From positions 32,001 to 96,000 of the forward strand of contig CAVUXE010000048.1 of assembly GCA_963745235.1 (NCBI GenBank): a stretch of DNA of 64,000 bases, given 5' to 3'. Source of the stretch: an uncultured Spirochaetota bacterium. GTDB taxonomy: Bacteria > Spirochaetota > Spirochaetia > SZUA-6 > Fen-1364. Shown here piece after piece: positions 52,038 through 62,173 of this stretch (positions are counted from its first letter, which is position 1; every line of letters starts with the position of its first letter). The translations under genes and the position numbers were made by a program. The notes beneath the pieces are model-generated. The model saw only the letters and a list, made by a program, of their open reading frames with translations, was not told the DNA's origin and searched no databases.

Positions 52038-52476
52038 GACAAGGCTCCTGCTCCGTCTTGCCGTCATGGTGATCATGACCTGTGCCTTGACCGGCTGCAC
52101 CCACAGCCTGGACAGGATCATTGTGCGCTCAGCGGGCAGAGAGATCACCGCGGAGGTGGCTCGTACAGACAGCGAGCGGGAGAAGGGGCTCATGGGCCGC
52201 ACTCACCTGGGACCGGCAGAGGGGATGCTTTTCGTGTTCGACCGGGATGAGCACCTGGAGTTCTGGATGAAGAATACGCCGCTCCCGCTCTCAATCGCCT
52301 TTCTCAGCGCCGAAGGGAAGATCCTGGAGATACGGGACATGGAGCCGTTTGACCTGCGGACCATCCGCTCAAGGTTTTCCGCCCGCTATGCACTTGAGAT
52401 GAACAAGGGGGCCTTTCAGAGCCTGGGAATTGCGGAGGGGGACCTGGTCACTTTTCCGCAGGGATTCTCCCGGTAA
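52027..52476 (+). CDS. DUF192 domain lipoprotein
   Basis: LTGC lipobox; E.A.T..ER.KGLM.R, GMLFVF, FWMKNTPLPLSIAF, YALEM. Confidence 0.9.
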   Translation: MLNETRLLLRLAVMVIMTCALTGCTHSLDRIIVRSAGREITAEVARTDSEREKGLMGRTHLGPAEGMLFVFDRDEHLEFWMKNTPLPLSIAFLSAEGKILEIRDMEPFDLRTIRSRFSARYALEMNKGAFQSLGIAEGDLVTFPQGFSR

Positions 52477-52515
52477 CGCGCGCCCGTGATCCAGCGACCG
52501 CCTGCGTCTCCGCGG

Positions 52516-52767
52516 TTATTCCCGGTCATCCTCGGAGAGCTCAGGGAAGAGCTCGAGCCCCGGCTCTCCCTCTTCGCCAACGGGCTCATGCGTCAGGATC
52601 TCCACCTTCCTTTCCACCCGCGAAAGGTCTTTCTCCAGGGACCTGGCAAGCTTCATTCCTTCTTCGAAAAGCGCAACCGCCTCCTCCAGGGGGATCTTTC
52701 CCTCACGCAGCTTTTCCGCGAGCTTTTCAAGTCTTTCCAGCCTCTCTTCAAAGCTTTTCGTCGGCAT
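52516..52767 (-). CDS. xseB: Exodeoxyribonuclease VII small subunit
   Basis: SFEERLERLE...L..G.IPLEEA..LFEEGMKL. Confidence 0.93.
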   Translation of the reverse strand: MPTKSFEERLERLEKLAEKLREGKIPLEEAVALFEEGMKLARSLEKDLSRVERKVEILTHEPVGEEGEPGLELFPELSEDDRE

Positions 52768-53971
52768 GCGTCTCCTCCACGATTGCGCTCATTCCTCCCT
52801 GCGCGAGCCGTACGTCCAGCCCGTCCCCAACGCTCACACCCTGCGCGGTCAGCAGCACCGTGCGCGTTTTCCGGTGCGTGACCACCGCGTAGCCCCTCTG
52901 AAGGACGGCAAGGGGCGAATAGGATGCGAGCTCCCGAGAAGCCAGCTCGTATCTGTGGCGAGCCTCTGACAGCCCTGCGTTGAACCCCAGGCCGAGCCCT
53001 TCCCGCGCATCGTCCAGGCGCTGCAGGTAAGGCTGAAGAAACAGGCGGACGTTGCGCTCCAGGTTCTCTGCCGTGAACTGCCCCAGGAGTAGGCGGATTC
53101 TTTCCAGGCGCTGCTGCAGGGATGCCTCCAGGGAAGCGGTGAGCCCCGAGACCTGCGCGAGCAGCTCCGAAGCCGAGGCAGCCACCATCTCCGCGGCAGC
53201 GGACGGAGTGGGGGCGCGAACGTCCGCCGCCAGGTCGGAAAGAGTGATGTCCGTCTCATGTCCTACCGCGGAGATGACGGGAACCGGGGACGCCGCAATG
53301 GCACGAACCACGATTTCCGAGGAAAAAGGCAGGAGGTCTTCCAGCGAGCCTCCGCCTCTGCCGACAATGATCACTTCCCCGAGCTTCCACCGCGCCGCAA
53401 TCTCTATGGCGTGGGCAATCCTCTCATCCGCGCCCTCTCCCTGGACAGGCGTGGGAAGAATGACGACATCCATCCCCGCGTTCCGCCTTCGCAGCACACG
53501 GAGGATGTCCCGGACCGCGGCCCCGGTGGGGGAGGTGATGACGGCGATCCGGGACGGAAGCAAGGGAAGGGGTCTCTTGCGCGATCCATCGAACAGGCCT
53601 TCCGCCGCGAGGAGGCGTTTTCTCTCCTCCAGCATGGCCAGGATGTCTCCCTGACCGGCCCGCGCCAGCGTTTCACAGATGAGCTGGTAATTGCCTCTTC
53701 GGGGATAGACGGAGATGCCGCCCGTGGCCGTGACGAGCATCCCGTCTTCCGGGTTGAACCTCACCGCTTCCAGCCTGCCCCGGAACATGACAACGGAGAG
53801 CACCGCGTTCGCGTCCTTCAGGCTGAAATACCAGTGGCCGCTTGCCGACGGCCGGAAGTTGGAGACCTCACCCTGCACCGTGATCCACGGGAAGCCGTCC
53901 TCCAGCGTGCCCTTGATGAGCTCCGTTATCTCACTGACCGTGTAGTGCGAGCCCGCTGACCTCTCCGGCAT
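52748..53971 (-). CDS. xseA: Exodeoxyribonuclease VII large subunit
   Basis: GEVSNF..SGHWYFSLKD, ITSPTGAAVRDI, GRGGGSLEDL, SAVGHETD, APTPSAAAE. Confidence 0.96.
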   Translation of the reverse strand: MPERSAGSHYTVSEITELIKGTLEDGFPWITVQGEVSNFRPSASGHWYFSLKDANAVLSVVMFRGRLEAVRFNPEDGMLVTATGGISVYPRRGNYQLICETLARAGQGDILAMLEERKRLLAAEGLFDGSRKRPLPLLPSRIAVITSPTGAAVRDILRVLRRRNAGMDVVILPTPVQGEGADERIAHAIEIAARWKLGEVIIVGRGGGSLEDLLPFSSEIVVRAIAASPVPVISAVGHETDITLSDLAADVRAPTPSAAAEMVAASASELLAQVSGLTASLEASLQQRLERIRLLLGQFTAENLERNVRLFLQPYLQRLDDAREGLGLGFNAGLSEARHRYELASRELASYSPLAVLQRGYAVVTHRKTRTVLLTAQGVSVGDGLDVRLAQGGMSAIVEETHADEKL

Positions 53972-54033
53972 AGCCAGCAGCCTACACCTTTCTTGAACTT
54001 CCCGGCAATCTGTCGATACTATCATGGAGGGTC

Positions 54034-55542
54034 ATGAAGAATATCGCCATCATGAACGCAATTGATCTGCGCCCTCCGGCAGGGAGGCCCGTTGTCCGGG
54101 GGGCCTCAGCCTTGCAGAGAGCCATGGAGTTCGGGCGAGGGCTTCCAGGCGTTGACCAGCTCCTGATCCTTGCTTCAGATTCCACGACGCGGCTCCTTGC
54201 TCATGAAACGCCCCTGGATTGCCGGGTGATTGCGCGTCCGACGTGGACCGTGTCGGATCTCACGGGAGAAATGGAGAAGGCGAGTGAAGGGTTCGAGGAC
54301 CTGTTTTACTTCTTCGCGGACTATCCCTTTCTCGACCCGGCCATTGCGCAGAGGATGCACGCAAACCACCGCAGGTACTGGGCGGACTATACGTTCGCGG
54401 ACGGGTTCCCGCAGGGTTTGACGCCGGAAATTGTGACACGGGAAGCAATCAGCCGCCTCCGCGGAATGTCCGCTGCAGACGTCAGCCATCCAGACCGGGA
54501 AGCGCTGTTTACAGTAATCAGGAAAGACATCAACTCCTTCGACATCGAAACAGAGCTTGCTCCCGTGGACCTGCGGCTCCTGCGCGTCTCACTCTCCGCC
54601 GACACCGAGCGCAACTTTCTTCTTTTGAAGCGGATCGTCGAGAAGGGCGGCATGGACACTGAATCGATCTGCCGGGTTCTCCAACTGGAGCCAGGCATTC
54701 TTCGGACCCTGCCGGCCTTTTTTCCCATCCAGATCGTCGAGAAGTGCCCTCACGCCTGCACCTACTGCCCGTACCCGGTTTTTGCGGGGAATGTCACCAC
54801 GAGGGCCGGTGTCATGGACCCTGAGCGGTTTTCCAGCCTGGTCGGAAAAATCGCGGCGTTCAGCGGGGACGCCGTGGTGGACGTTTCCTTGTGGGGAGAG
54901 CCCTCTCTTCACCCGAAGATCTTCGAGATGATCGGGTCGGTTCTCAGCACGCCGGGACTTTCCCTCGTGATCGAGACCTCCGGCGTGGGCTGGGAGGAGG
55001 GGATGTTCCGCCGGGTGAAGGACTCTTTTGCCTCGCAGCCGACATGGATCGTGTCGATGGACGCTTCCACGGAAGAGATGTATCAGCGGCTCCGCGGGGC
55101 GGGCTTTGCGGAGGCCACCAGGACCGCCGAGCTCCTGCTTTCGATCTTTCCCGCCAGCACCTGGGTCCAGGCGGTGCGCATGAAGGAAAACGAGGACGAC
55201 CTCGACCTCTTCTACAAGTCGTGGAAGACGAGGACAGAGAACATCATCATCCAGAAGTACGATTCGTTCAGCAGTTTTCTGCCGGACCGCAAGGTCGCGG
55301 ACCTTTCTCCGGTGAGACGGTTTCCCTGCTGGCACCTCAAGCGTGACATGGCAATACTCATCGACGGGACGGTTCCCCTGTGCAGGGAGGACGTGCGCGT
55401 GGAGCATGGGCTGGGGAACGCATTCACCGAGGACCTTTCCGCCATATGGGATCGCGGGGAAAGCGCTTATCAGCAGCATATCCGGGAAAAGTACCCGCAC
55501 ATCTGCGCAGGCTGCGATGAGTACTACACGTACAACTTCTGA
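54034..55542 (+). CDS. Spiro-SPASM protein (cytidylyltransferase-like N-domain, radical SAM, SPASM)
   Basis: AD.PFLD..ADYTFADGFP.G, KDINSFDIET, CPHACTYC, WGEP, PCWHLKRD..DG.V.LCRED, C.GCDEYYTYNF. Confidence 0.88.
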   Translation: MKNIAIMNAIDLRPPAGRPVVRGASALQRAMEFGRGLPGVDQLLILASDSTTRLLAHETPLDCRVIARPTWTVSDLTGEMEKASEGFEDLFYFFADYPFLDPAIAQRMHANHRRYWADYTFADGFPQGLTPEIVTREAISRLRGMSAADVSHPDREALFTVIRKDINSFDIETELAPVDLRLLRVSLSADTERNFLLLKRIVEKGGMDTESICRVLQLEPGILRTLPAFFPIQIVEKCPHACTYCPYPVFAGNVTTRAGVMDPERFSSLVGKIAAFSGDAVVDVSLWGEPSLHPKIFEMIGSVLSTPGLSLVIETSGVGWEEGMFRRVKDSFASQPTWIVSMDASTEEMYQRLRGAGFAEATRTAELLLSIFPASTWVQAVRMKENEDDLDLFYKSWKTRTENIIIQKYDSFSSFLPDRKVADLSPVRRFPCWHLKRDMAILIDGTVPLCREDVRVEHGLGNAFTEDLSAIWDRGESAYQQHIREKYPHICAGCDEYYTYNF

Positions 55543-56500
55543 AAGCGCCAAGGCTCCGGGGGCCGTACCCAGCCGCGTCCCCTACACCGTCATTGGGGGC
55601 CCCCGGTGGGACCGGGTGAGGAAGTATCCCTACAGCATGACTCTGCTCGTGATGAGCAGAGGCGACAGGCTCTTTCGCGCGGAGCTGCTTTCTGACCTGC
55701 TTTCCCGTGACCTCGGTGAGGTCCTTTGGGTCGAGGGGCACGAGCCTTCCGCGGATGTCGAGTCGCTTGCCAGAGACCACCCGGATGTTCGCTTTCTGCT
55801 CCTGAAGGAGCCCACGACCGCCGGGGAGCGCATCAATATCGGGATCGCGGAGGCTCGCTCACCTGTTGCCCTTTGTCTCTGGAGCGATATGCGCCTTTCC
55901 CGGGTTCCCGCGGCACTCCCGGAAGCCCTTGAAAAATCCGGGGTCGTCTGCACGGTCCCCCTGTCACGCAACGCCAGGCTGCAGCCCATCCCATCCTGGC
56001 AATCCCCGGTTTGGAAGAAGCGAAGACTCTCCCTTGCCTTCCGGATTCCGCGGCGCGAGGGAGAGCCCACGCTGTTTCCTTTCGATTATTGCGGCATCTA
56101 CAACTCGGAGAGGTTCCTTCGCACCGGAGGATTCGATCCCTCCATCTCCAACCCTTACTGGCAGAAGCTGGACTTTGGATTCCGGTGCTTTCTCTGGGGA
56201 GAAAGGATTGCCGGCACAACGGAGGTTTCCCTCACTTATACCGCGTCTCCTCCGACGGATGATTCGACTCCTGACCAGAGCTACAAGCTCTTTTTCCTGA
56301 AGAACATGGCAGTTCGGATGCGCCGGGAAATGGGTGTCTTGCCGGTTCGGCGCATCCTGGATTACATCGTGCATTCAGACGCAAGCCCTCTGTACTCCCT
56401 GCGGGAGTTTGCCGCGGCGCGGGACTGGGTTCGGACCCACAAGTTCAGGTTTCGCAAGGACCCGCGGGATGTCATGCAGAAATGGGAGGGAGCCGAATGA
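55517..56500 (+). CDS. GT-A-fold glycosyltransferase-like protein
   Basis: GERINIG, LWSD, FD..GIY, GGFD..I.NPYWQKLDFG; start approximate. Confidence 0.7.
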   Translation: MSTTRTTSESAKAPGAVPSRVPYTVIGGPRWDRVRKYPYSMTLLVMSRGDRLFRAELLSDLLSRDLGEVLWVEGHEPSADVESLARDHPDVRFLLLKEPTTAGERINIGIAEARSPVALCLWSDMRLSRVPAALPEALEKSGVVCTVPLSRNARLQPIPSWQSPVWKKRRLSLAFRIPRREGEPTLFPFDYCGIYNSERFLRTGGFDPSISNPYWQKLDFGFRCFLWGERIAGTTEVSLTYTASPPTDDSTPDQSYKLFFLKNMAVRMRREMGVLPVRRILDYIVHSDASPLYSLREFAAARDWVRTHKFRFRKDPRDVMQKWEGAE

Positions 56501-57190
56501 GCCTGGGGGTCTTCATCCAGGTGCGGCTCGGCTCGACGCGTCTCCCCTCAAAGGCCCTCCTTCCGCTGCCCGGGAGGCACCATCATCCAGCACGTGATGC
56601 GCAGCATGTCACTGGTGCCTTGCGACACGCGCGCTCTTGTGACGGAGGCTGGGAGCGCGGAGGCTCTTGCCCCGCTTGCCAGGCAGGAAGGGTTCGCTGT
56701 TTTTGTCGGTCCAGAGGACGATGTCCTGGCGCGCTACTGCATGGCGAGCAGGAAATACGGGGTTGACACCGTGATTCGCGCAACCGGCGACAACCCTCTC
56801 ACCTCGGCCGGACTTGCGCGAAGCATCCTGGAGGCCCACCGGCGAAGTGGCTCGGACCTGAGCCACTACCTTGGAGTTCCCCTGGGAAGCGGGGTGGAAG
56901 TGGTCGCGTCGAAATCTCTCTATGCCGCAGAAAGGGAAGCGGCAGACCCCACGGAAAGGGAGCATGTGACGCCGTTTCTCTACCGGCATCGCGAGCGCTT
57001 TCAAATAGAAGAGCCGCAGGCGCCTGCGGGCTTCGCGCTTGCGGACGCCAGGGTGACGGTGGACACCGAGCAGGACTACCTGCTTGTGAAGCGGATCTTC
57101 GAGGACCTGTACAGAGGTGAGCCCATTGAAGCGGGAGACATCGTGTCCTGGTTTCGGGCCGCGGCCATGAGGGCAGGGGAACAGGGATGA
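56497..57190 (+). CDS. SpsF-like cytidylyltransferase, CMP-nonulosonate/Kdo synthetase fold (frameshift ~56572)
   Basis: IQVRLGSTRLPSKAL, G.EDDVLARY, IRATGDNP, REHVTP, VTVDT.QD. Confidence 0.88.
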
Positions 57191-58977
57191 GCATCCGACG
57201 GACATATCTCCTTGTCCCCGCCGCCGGCGCAGGCGAGGGCCTCGGTCACCTTGCGCGCTGCCGCCGTCTTGCGGATCACCTGGCAAGCGGCGGACCGCGC
57301 GGCGCCGTCCGCCCCCGCGTCACGTTCCTGGCATCCCACCTGGATGAGGCATCGAAGCGGCTGCTGCGAGGGAAGGCCGGGCCGGAAGTCATTCGGGACC
57401 TGAAACCGGGCAGACAGTGGGACCTCATTGTGCTGGACCGACGGGAAACGCCGGTGGAAGAGCTTCGGAGACTCCAGAGAAGCGGCCCCGTCGTGTGCCT
57501 GGATGAAGGCGGGGCAGCGCGGGACTCGGCTTCGTTTCTCATCGACGCAATCCCCCGGTTGCCCGGCGGTCCCGGGCCCAATCTTTCCTCCCTTTCCCTC
57601 CTGGAGCTTCCACGGCGTTCCCGTCTCAAGGTGAGATGGCCTCCCCGGAAAATCCTCGTGAGCTTCGGCGGCGAGGATAGCGAGAACCTCAGCAGCCGGC
57701 TGCTGGACGCCCTGCTCGTCAACAACGTGTTCTCCCCCGGGCAGATCACGCTGGTCGAAGGTCCGCTGTTCAAAACGAAAGTCTGGCCCCCGGGGGTCGA
57801 TGTGGTGCGCAATGCCTCCCGGCTTACGCGCATGCTCTCCGCGTTCGACGTCGTTTTCTGTCACTTCGGGATTACCGCTCTTGAAGGTCTGGCCTCAGGG
57901 GTGCCGGTCATTCTTCTCAACCCGAGCGCTTATCACGCGCAGCTGGGCAGGTCATGCGGCTTTGCGGATATCGGGATCCGTGCCCCGGATACCCGAGCCC
58001 TCAAGACCCTGCTGGATGATGGGGCGGCCATGCAGGCGCGCGTTGACAGCTTCAACGCGAAGGCAGGCAGGCAGCGTCGCTCATGGCCTCTTCCCGGAGT
58101 GCTTTCGTCCATGCGCCCCCGGGGAAAGCCACGGTGCCCGGTGTGCGGCCGTGACGGAAACAGGGTTGTGGCCCGGTTTCCCGACCGCACATACCGGTCC
58201 TGCGGCGGATGCGGAGTCACGTACCTGGAAAGCTTCGCCGAGGACGGCATGGAGTACGGGACCCGGTATTTCGGCGCAGAATACAAGGCTCATTACGGCC
58301 GCACGTACCTTGAAGACTTTGGGGCAATCAAAGCCGCGTCCGCTGAGAGGCTTCGAATCATCCGGGCCGTGTCGGGGGAGAGTACTGACGGCGTGATGGT
58401 GGACGTGGGGTGCGCGTTCGGACCGTTTCTTTCCGCCGCGACCGACCTGCGGCTTGCCTGTTTCGGCATTGATGTCTCGGAGCAGGCGGTGAGGTACGTG
58501 CGAAAGGAGCTCGGAGTTCCCGCCATCTGCTCTTCCTTTGAGGCGGCGCAGAGACGGCAGCTGCCGCGGAGAATATCCGCCATCACGCTCTGGTATGTCA
58601 TCGAGCATTTTCTCGACGTGGACCTCGTTCTGAGGAAAGCATCCGCGCTCCTGTCGGCCGGAGGTGTTCTTGCCTTCTCGACCCCGAACGGAGACGGGAT
58701 CTCCGCGCGGAAAAACCTTCGGGAGTTCCTGGACAGGAGCCCGCCGGACCATTTCACGATCCTCCGGCCGTCAGGACTCGGCAGGATCCTTGCAGCCCAT
58801 GGCTTCGAGCTTCAGCGCGTTCGAATCACGGGCCACCATCCCGAACGCTTCCCAGGGTTTCTGGGGAAGGCCGGGCTCAGGGCAGGGGCGGGCTCGCGGG
58901 TGCTTGGCCGGGTGAGCAGGCTCATTGGGCTGGGCGACACGTTCGAGGCCTACGCCGTCAAAGTGGACCAGGCATGA
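57187..58977 (+). CDS. SpsG/PseG-like GT-B domain fused to zinc finger and class I SAM methyltransferase
   Basis: GEGLGHLARC, LVSFGGED, HFGITALE, CPVC..CGGC, VDVGCAFG.FL, YVIEH, STPN. Confidence 0.8.
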   Translation: MSIRRTYLLVPAAGAGEGLGHLARCRRLADHLASGGPRGAVRPRVTFLASHLDEASKRLLRGKAGPEVIRDLKPGRQWDLIVLDRRETPVEELRRLQRSGPVVCLDEGGAARDSASFLIDAIPRLPGGPGPNLSSLSLLELPRRSRLKVRWPPRKILVSFGGEDSENLSSRLLDALLVNNVFSPGQITLVEGPLFKTKVWPPGVDVVRNASRLTRMLSAFDVVFCHFGITALEGLASGVPVILLNPSAYHAQLGRSCGFADIGIRAPDTRALKTLLDDGAAMQARVDSFNAKAGRQRRSWPLPGVLSSMRPRGKPRCPVCGRDGNRVVARFPDRTYRSCGGCGVTYLESFAEDGMEYGTRYFGAEYKAHYGRTYLEDFGAIKAASAERLRIIRAVSGESTDGVMVDVGCAFGPFLSAATDLRLACFGIDVSEQAVRYVRKELGVPAICSSFEAAQRRQLPRRISAITLWYVIEHFLDVDLVLRKASALLSAGGVLAFSTPNGDGISARKNLREFLDRSPPDHFTILRPSGLGRILAAHGFELQRVRITGHHPERFPGFLGKAGLRAGAGSRVLGRVSRLIGLGDTFEAYAVKVDQA

Positions 58978-60570
58978 AGACCATCATGATTCTTGGCGCC
59001 GGGGTCATGCAGCTTCCCGGGATACGGCTGGCAAAGCAGAGCGGTTGGCGGGTCATCGTCGCTGACGGAAACATGGAAGCCCTGGGAAGCCCGCTTGCGG
59101 ATCATTTCGAGGCAGTGGACCTGAAGGACAAGGACGGCCTCCTCGCCGTCGCGAGGCAGTACCACACGCGTTATGGACTGGACGGCGTGTTCACGGCAGG
59201 GACTGATTTCTCATCGTCGGTGGCCTGGGTTTCTGAAAAGATGGGGCTTCCCGGAATCACGTTCGAGGCCGCCATGCGCGCCACGGACAAGTGCCTGATG
59301 AGAGAGGCGTTCCAGAGGGCTGGCGTGCCGAGCCCGGGCATTCGTGTGCTTGTCGGGCTCCTTGGACCCCGGTGCAAGCCTTGGCGGATTGCAGTTCCCC
59401 CTCGTGGTCAAGCCGGTCGACAACATGGGCGCCCGCGGCGTGCGCAGGGTCGACTCACGGGAGGCATTGCTGGACGCATACCGCTCGGCTCTTCCGCTGT
59501 CGCGATCCTCCCGTGTCATTGTGGAGGAGTTCATGGAGGGTCCTGAGCTGAGCCTGGACGCGGTGGTCTACGGGGGCAAAGTCACCGTTTGCGGCGTGGC
59601 TGACAGGCACATCTTTTTCCCGCCGAGCTTCGTCGAAATGGGCCATACTATGCCCACCTCCCTCGACCCCCCCGCGGTTCGCCGCATCGAGGAGGTCTTC
59701 GAGGCAGGCATCCGCGCAATCGGGATCCAGAACGGGGCGGCGAAGGGCGACATCAAGCTTACCGCGCACGGCCCCATGGTGGGGGAGATAGCGGCCCGGC
59801 TTTCCGGGGGGTACATGTCAGGCTGGACATTCCCCCTTTCCTCTGGCGTCGAGGTCACACAGGCTGCCATGAACATTGCAGTCGGCTTGCCCCCCGGTGA
59901 TCTTGCGCCGCGGCTCACAAGAGTGGTCGCGGAAAGGGCTTTCATTTCCATCCCCGGGAGAGTCATGCGTGTGGCCGGCGAAGAGGAGGCGCGGAGGCTG
60001 CCGGGGGTGGCAGAGGTTTTTGTGCGTGCGGCGCCGTGCGACAACGTCGTATTTCCAACGAACAACGTTGAAAAATGCGGGAACGTCATAACGATTGGCG
60101 ATACGCGGGAAGACGCAGAGCGGACTGCCCGGACCGCGCTCAGTCGGATCTTCATCCACCTCGAGCCACTCAACCACCTGACCACCCGCTTTCTTTTTCG
60201 GGGCGCAGGGACCGACGCCTTTCAGACGCCAGATCAGCCTCTTCTTTCGGCGGTCGAAACCATGCCGCCTTTCCGCGGGAGCTTCGAAGATCAGCGGCCA
60301 GGCTCACTGGTGAAGGTCCAGGCAATCCGCGGCTTCCCGGACCCTTCCTGCAGAGACTGGCATGGTCTTCCCTTCGCGGAGGCGGTGCGGATTGCCCTCG
60401 ATGGCGTCGGGACACTGGTGGATGGCCCCGAAGCCGGCGGCCTTGTCCTGTGCGGACTCTTCTGGAGGGCGGTCCTCCGCGGAAGCGCCCAGGGCGGCCG
60501 CTATCTGTTGGACAGCGTTCGTGAAGCATCGCGCCGCGGAGCGCTGGGGGAGCTCCTCGCAGGATCATGA
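58974..60570 (+). CDS. ATP-grasp domain ligase (frameshift ~59337)
   Basis: ILGAG..Q, TDK.LMR, FPLVVKPVDNMGARGV, VEEFMEGPELS, KGDIK, GEIAARLSGG. Confidence 0.88.
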
Positions 60571-61610
60571 AGCCATTTCGCCGCCTGCTGCCCTTTCTTC
60601 TCGTAATGACCTTTTCCGCGGCCGCCTTCGCGCAGGAGAGGAACCTGCTCTCCATGGTCGGTGAGCTGGGAGCGGGGCTGGAGTGGGATCCCCTGCGGGA
60701 CCGGGGCGTCATATCTCTGGGAGATGACAGGATCTCTCTGGGTGTCGGGCTGCCGCTGGCCATCATCAACTACCGGCTTGCGGTTTCGATCCAGGCTCCG
60801 ACGCGTCGCGACGGAGCGGTCTGGCTTGCCGCGGAAGCCATGTCGGAAATCAGCAAGGCGCTCGAGCAGGACAGGCTTGCCCACACGGCGGGGCACCTGC
60901 GCATCGCGGCCATCCTCATTGATCCAGGCCATGGCGGTGAGGACCCGGGAGCAACGGGGAACTACATGGTGGGAAAGAAGTCAATCCCCATCCGTGAGAA
61001 GGACGTTGTTCTGAAAATCGGTCTCACCCTTTCGCGGATGTTGCAGAAGGCGCTGCCTGACAAGGAAATCCTTCTCACACGTTCAGATGACACGTACGTC
61101 ACCCTGGAGAAGCGGGCGGAGATGGCAAACAGCCTCCTCGGCAAGACAAATGACACGGTGCTCTACCTTTCCATACACGCGAACTCGACCTTCAACAAGT
61201 TGAGCCAGGCGAAAGGGTACGAAGTGTGGTACCTGCCGCCGGAATACAAGCGCACGCTCCTCGAGGGGAAGGACCCCTCCACCAGCGAGCTCATCCCGAT
61301 CCTCAACAGCATGCTCGAGGAGGAGATTTCCGTGGAGAGCATCGTGCTCGCCCGGGAGATTCTCTCGGGGTTGAACGCCTCCATCGGGGACCTCACGGAA
61401 AACAGGGGCATGCGCCAGGAGCCCTGGTACGTGGTTCGCAACGCGAAGATGCCCGCCGTCCTCGTGGAGGTCGGCTTCATGTCCAGCACTGAAGAGGCGG
61501 CGCGCCTGGCTGACGACGCGTACTTGAAAGGGATCGCAGAGGGATTGTACACTGGCGTCTGCTCGTTCATCGCTCGATTCGAAAGATACGGGAGCTCCGG
61601 TGTTCAGTAG
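60567..61610 (+). CDS. N-acetylmuramoyl-L-alanine amidase (Amidase_3)
   Basis: IDPGHGGEDPGA, EKD, LTR..D..V.L..R, SIHAN, MPAVLVEVGFMS. Confidence 0.93.
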   Translation: MKPFRRLLPFLLVMTFSAAAFAQERNLLSMVGELGAGLEWDPLRDRGVISLGDDRISLGVGLPLAIINYRLAVSIQAPTRRDGAVWLAAEAMSEISKALEQDRLAHTAGHLRIAAILIDPGHGGEDPGATGNYMVGKKSIPIREKDVVLKIGLTLSRMLQKALPDKEILLTRSDDTYVTLEKRAEMANSLLGKTNDTVLYLSIHANSTFNKLSQAKGYEVWYLPPEYKRTLLEGKDPSTSELIPILNSMLEEEISVESIVLAREILSGLNASIGDLTENRGMRQEPWYVVRNAKMPAVLVEVGFMSSTEEAARLADDAYLKGIAEGLYTGVCSFIARFERYGSSGVQ

Positions 61611-62104
61611 ACTTGATTTCATCCTCGACATGCGCCTGAGAGGAAGACCCGCCATTGTCGGATACGTCATCCTCGGCGTCCTTCTTGTATCCCTTGTGAC
61701 CTTCCTGCTCGTCGGCAATCGCCAGGGTCGAGCGGATCCTCTATTTCCCCCGCGAGCACGGACACGGTTTTCTGGCGGAGCCCCGCTTCCTCACGAGGCA
61801 TCGGGGCGCGGAGGACAACATCGCGGAGCTCGTCAGCAGCGTCCTGCTGGGTCCCTCTCGCCATGACGCGGCCCGCCTTTTCGCCCGAGGCGCGACGGTC
61901 CGCGCGGCCATGCTTCGAGGCCACACCCTGTACCTGGACCTGACCGCCCGCGTCCTCGAAGTGGATCCGGAGGTGCCGCTCTCCGGAAGCGAAGCGTTCG
62001 AGGCTCTCGACAAATCCATCCTGCTCAACTTCCCCCGTGTTCACGAGATCGTCTTGTACATCGACGGACAGCTCCCGCGCCCCGCGGCCAAGAAAAATAT
62101 TTGA
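61600..62104 (+). CDS. GerMN-like membrane-anchored protein (frameshift ~61722)
   Basis: TM, then ILYFP..EPRFL..LLGP..LYLDL..I..NFP...EI.LYIDG after repair. Confidence 0.7.
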
Positions 62105-62128
62105 CAAAGCACATCCCGTCACTATAAT
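62101..62128 (+). promoter_or_regulatory. Consensus sigma70 promoter of flaA
   Basis: TTGACA-N16-TATAAT. Confidence 0.9.
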
Positions 62129-62173
62129 TGTGCATGTGACTCCGGAACGACCTAGCTGTGAAAGGAGCAATGC

